Source of the DNA: Macrostomum hystrix
Lineage: Eukaryota > Animalia > Platyhelminthes
Direction: 5' to 3'
DNA length: 64,000 bases
Assembly: GCA_950097015.1 (NCBI GenBank)
Contig: CATNEN010000039.1
Span: forward strand, 3,534,001 to 3,598,000
In this document: positions 62,317 to 64,000 of the stretch, piece by piece
Layout of the letters: every line of letters begins with the position of its first letter
How positions within the stretch are numbered: the stretch's first letter is position 1
The notes under the pieces: generated by a model
The model's input: the letters and a program-made list of their open reading frames with translations, nothing else
The model's database searches: none
What the model was told of the DNA's origin: nothing
Position numbers and translations under genes: made by a program

Positions 62317-62778
62317 ATGTTTCTAGCCGCTTCCAGATCAGTTCGTTCGGCACTGAGTCTGTCGCCACGCTCTCTGACGGCCGCGCTATTTTCGACATCT
62401 TCCGCATCAACACCCGGCTCGATGCACGCCAAGATTGCGGAGATGGTCAAGGCCAACAAGGTGGTCGTGTTCATGAAGGGCGTGCCGGAGGAACCCCGCT
62501 GCGGCTTCTCCAACGCCGTCATCAAGATTTTGGCTTTCCACGGTCTGAAGCCGGGCGAATACTCCGCTCACAATGTCCTGGAGGATGAGCAGCTGCGTCA
62601 GGATATCAAGACGTTTAGCGACTGGCCAACGATCCCGCAGGTCTACTTCAACGGCGAGTTCATCGGCGGCTGCGACGTCATGATTAAGATGCACCAGAAT
62701 GGCGAACTCATTGAAGAGCTGAAGAAGGTTGGCATTAAGTCCGCCCTGCTGGCCGCTGCCGAGGAAAAAAAGCAGTAG
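62317..62778 (+). CDS. GLRX5: Mitochondrial monothiol glutaredoxin 5
   Basis: [32 protein letters not shown]; presequence-like N-terminus; acceptor TTGCAG ends at 62296. Confidence 0.95.
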   Translation: MFLAASRSVRSALSLSPRSLTAALFSTSSASTPGSMHAKIAEMVKANKVVVFMKGVPEEPRCGFSNAVIKILAFHGLKPGEYSAHNVLEDEQLRQDIKTFSDWPTIPQVYFNGEFIGGCDVMIKMHQNGELIEELKKVGIKSALLAAAEEKKQ

Positions 62779-63072
62779 AAATTATTGGAACCTGATTATT
62801 CTGCTTGTTATATTTGTTTCATTGTACTATTGTGAACTTTAGTATCAATTTTCAATTTGAAATCAAACCATTTATATTTTTTGTCTAACTTGTAAAGTGC
62901 TCATTTTATCCTCCCTAGAATGGGAATCACAGGATAACCCAACCGTTGGTGTTTCAGTGTTTTCAAAGTCGCGTTTTTTGAACTTTCGGAATAAATTTCC
63001 ATACTTGCCCATTGCAGTTCATAAAAAAGCTGGTTTTAGTTTGCGTTTATTCTGAACATTTTTACGCCACAC

Positions 63073-63160
63073 ACTACTATAGGTAGTGTAGCTAGTACTA
63101 CAGGTAGTGTAGCAAGTACAATATATAGTGTAGCTAGTACTATAGGTATTGTAGCTAGTA
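63073..63160. repeat. 21-bp tandem repeat (TAGTACTATAGGTAGTGTAGC, ~4 copies)
   Basis: Directly visible. Confidence 0.7.
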
Positions 63161-63207
63161 TTACCTACTATTGGTAATACAAACTCGTATTAATTTATTT
63201 ACTTCAG

Positions 63208-64000
63208 GTTAAACGGCCTCAACCAATTCGGGTGTTTGTTCGCGAGCCGCACCATGAGGTGCTGCTCGATATTTACCGCCTCATCGGCTCCAAACGCTTG
63301 CCATTCTCTCGCCTGACTCTGCTGCACCTGGACTCGCATCCCGACCTGCAGCTGCCACCGGGACTCACGCCAGCGGAATGCCTCGACGCTGGTCCTGACG
63401 GAGCGCTGCAGTCGCGTCTCAGCATCGGCAGCTGGATTCTGCCGGCTGTTTACGCCGGGCACTTTGACAGCGTCTCTTGGCTGAGGCCACCCTGGGCCGA
63501 CCAGCTGCCAGATATTCAGCGTGAGATAGTTCGCATTGGTACTTGTCCAGCTGAGTCAACTGGTGCGGCTTCCAGCGACACTCCTCTTCGCCTGGACTGT
63601 AGTCTGGCCTACTTTGCCGCCGAGTGCATGTACTGTCGTCATTTAACTGATGAGACAGGGTCAGTTGGAGAAGGCAAGTTCCAGGAATTTCGCCTCTGCT
63701 CGCATGATTTTGATGCCATTTCGGGTTACTCTGAGAGTCCGGCCTGCGATTGCGTCGGGGATGCGGGTCTTGGCCAGGCCTCGGCCTACGTTGTGGACCT
63801 AGATTTGGATTATTTTTCAACACAAGACGCGCCAGCAAAATGGCTGCCAGCTGATCTGATCGCCGCTGCCCGCAGAGTCTACGGATGGCGGGATGACGAC
63901 GTGCTGAAGTTGGACGGACCAGCTTTGGAGACGGCCTGTAAGCAAAGGGAGAAGCGGCTAATGAGGCTTGCTCGAATCATGGCCGAGGTTGCAGCCGAGA
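63208..64000 (+). CDS. UPF0489 (C5orf22-like) protein exon, open to window end; start codon lies in an unidentified upstream exon
   Basis: After acceptor TTCAG (63207): EPHHEVL..IGSKRLP..LLHLDSHPDL..LSIGSWILPAVYAGHF..WLRPPWADQL..VDLDLDYFS; absent from the ORF track because it runs off the window. Confidence 0.88.

Noticed and set aside
63199-63838. Minus-strand ORFs of 87 and 139 aa
   Set aside because: Shadows of the plus-strand UPF0489 exon.

Overview
Eukaryotic (invertebrate animal) genomic DNA with spliceosomal introns, intronic minisatellites and many transposon relics. The style is compatible with a free-living flatworm such as Macrostomum, but this is inference only. Host genes: 4-exon branched-chain aminotransferase, TMA7, alpha-1,3-fucosyltransferase, a 5-exon F-box/LRR-like gene, a secreted C-type lectin, NXT1/NTF2-like, GLRX5 and a UPF0489 exon running off the end. 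The most striking feature, largely missed by the ORF track, is a head-to-tail array of 16 intact 114-nt ORFs (17410-28626) encoding a nearly invariant 37-aa Lys/Ala/Asp microprotein (MPAKKADAKKPADAGKDAKQQPAKAEGGDAKAGQKKK). Each copy has its own splice acceptor 25-36 nt before the ATG and most have their own poly(A) module, suggesting a trans-spliced polycistron or a 16-way alternative-last-exon cassette fed by a consensus donor at 15560. Also found: a 338-nt box C/D scaRNA-like gene whose guide predicts U4 snRNA Am65 (61844-62181), and a 1-kb Penelope palindrome carrying two hammerhead ribozyme motifs. Transposon relics include P/THAP9, Tc1, Harbinger, hAT, Helitron and Crypton types.
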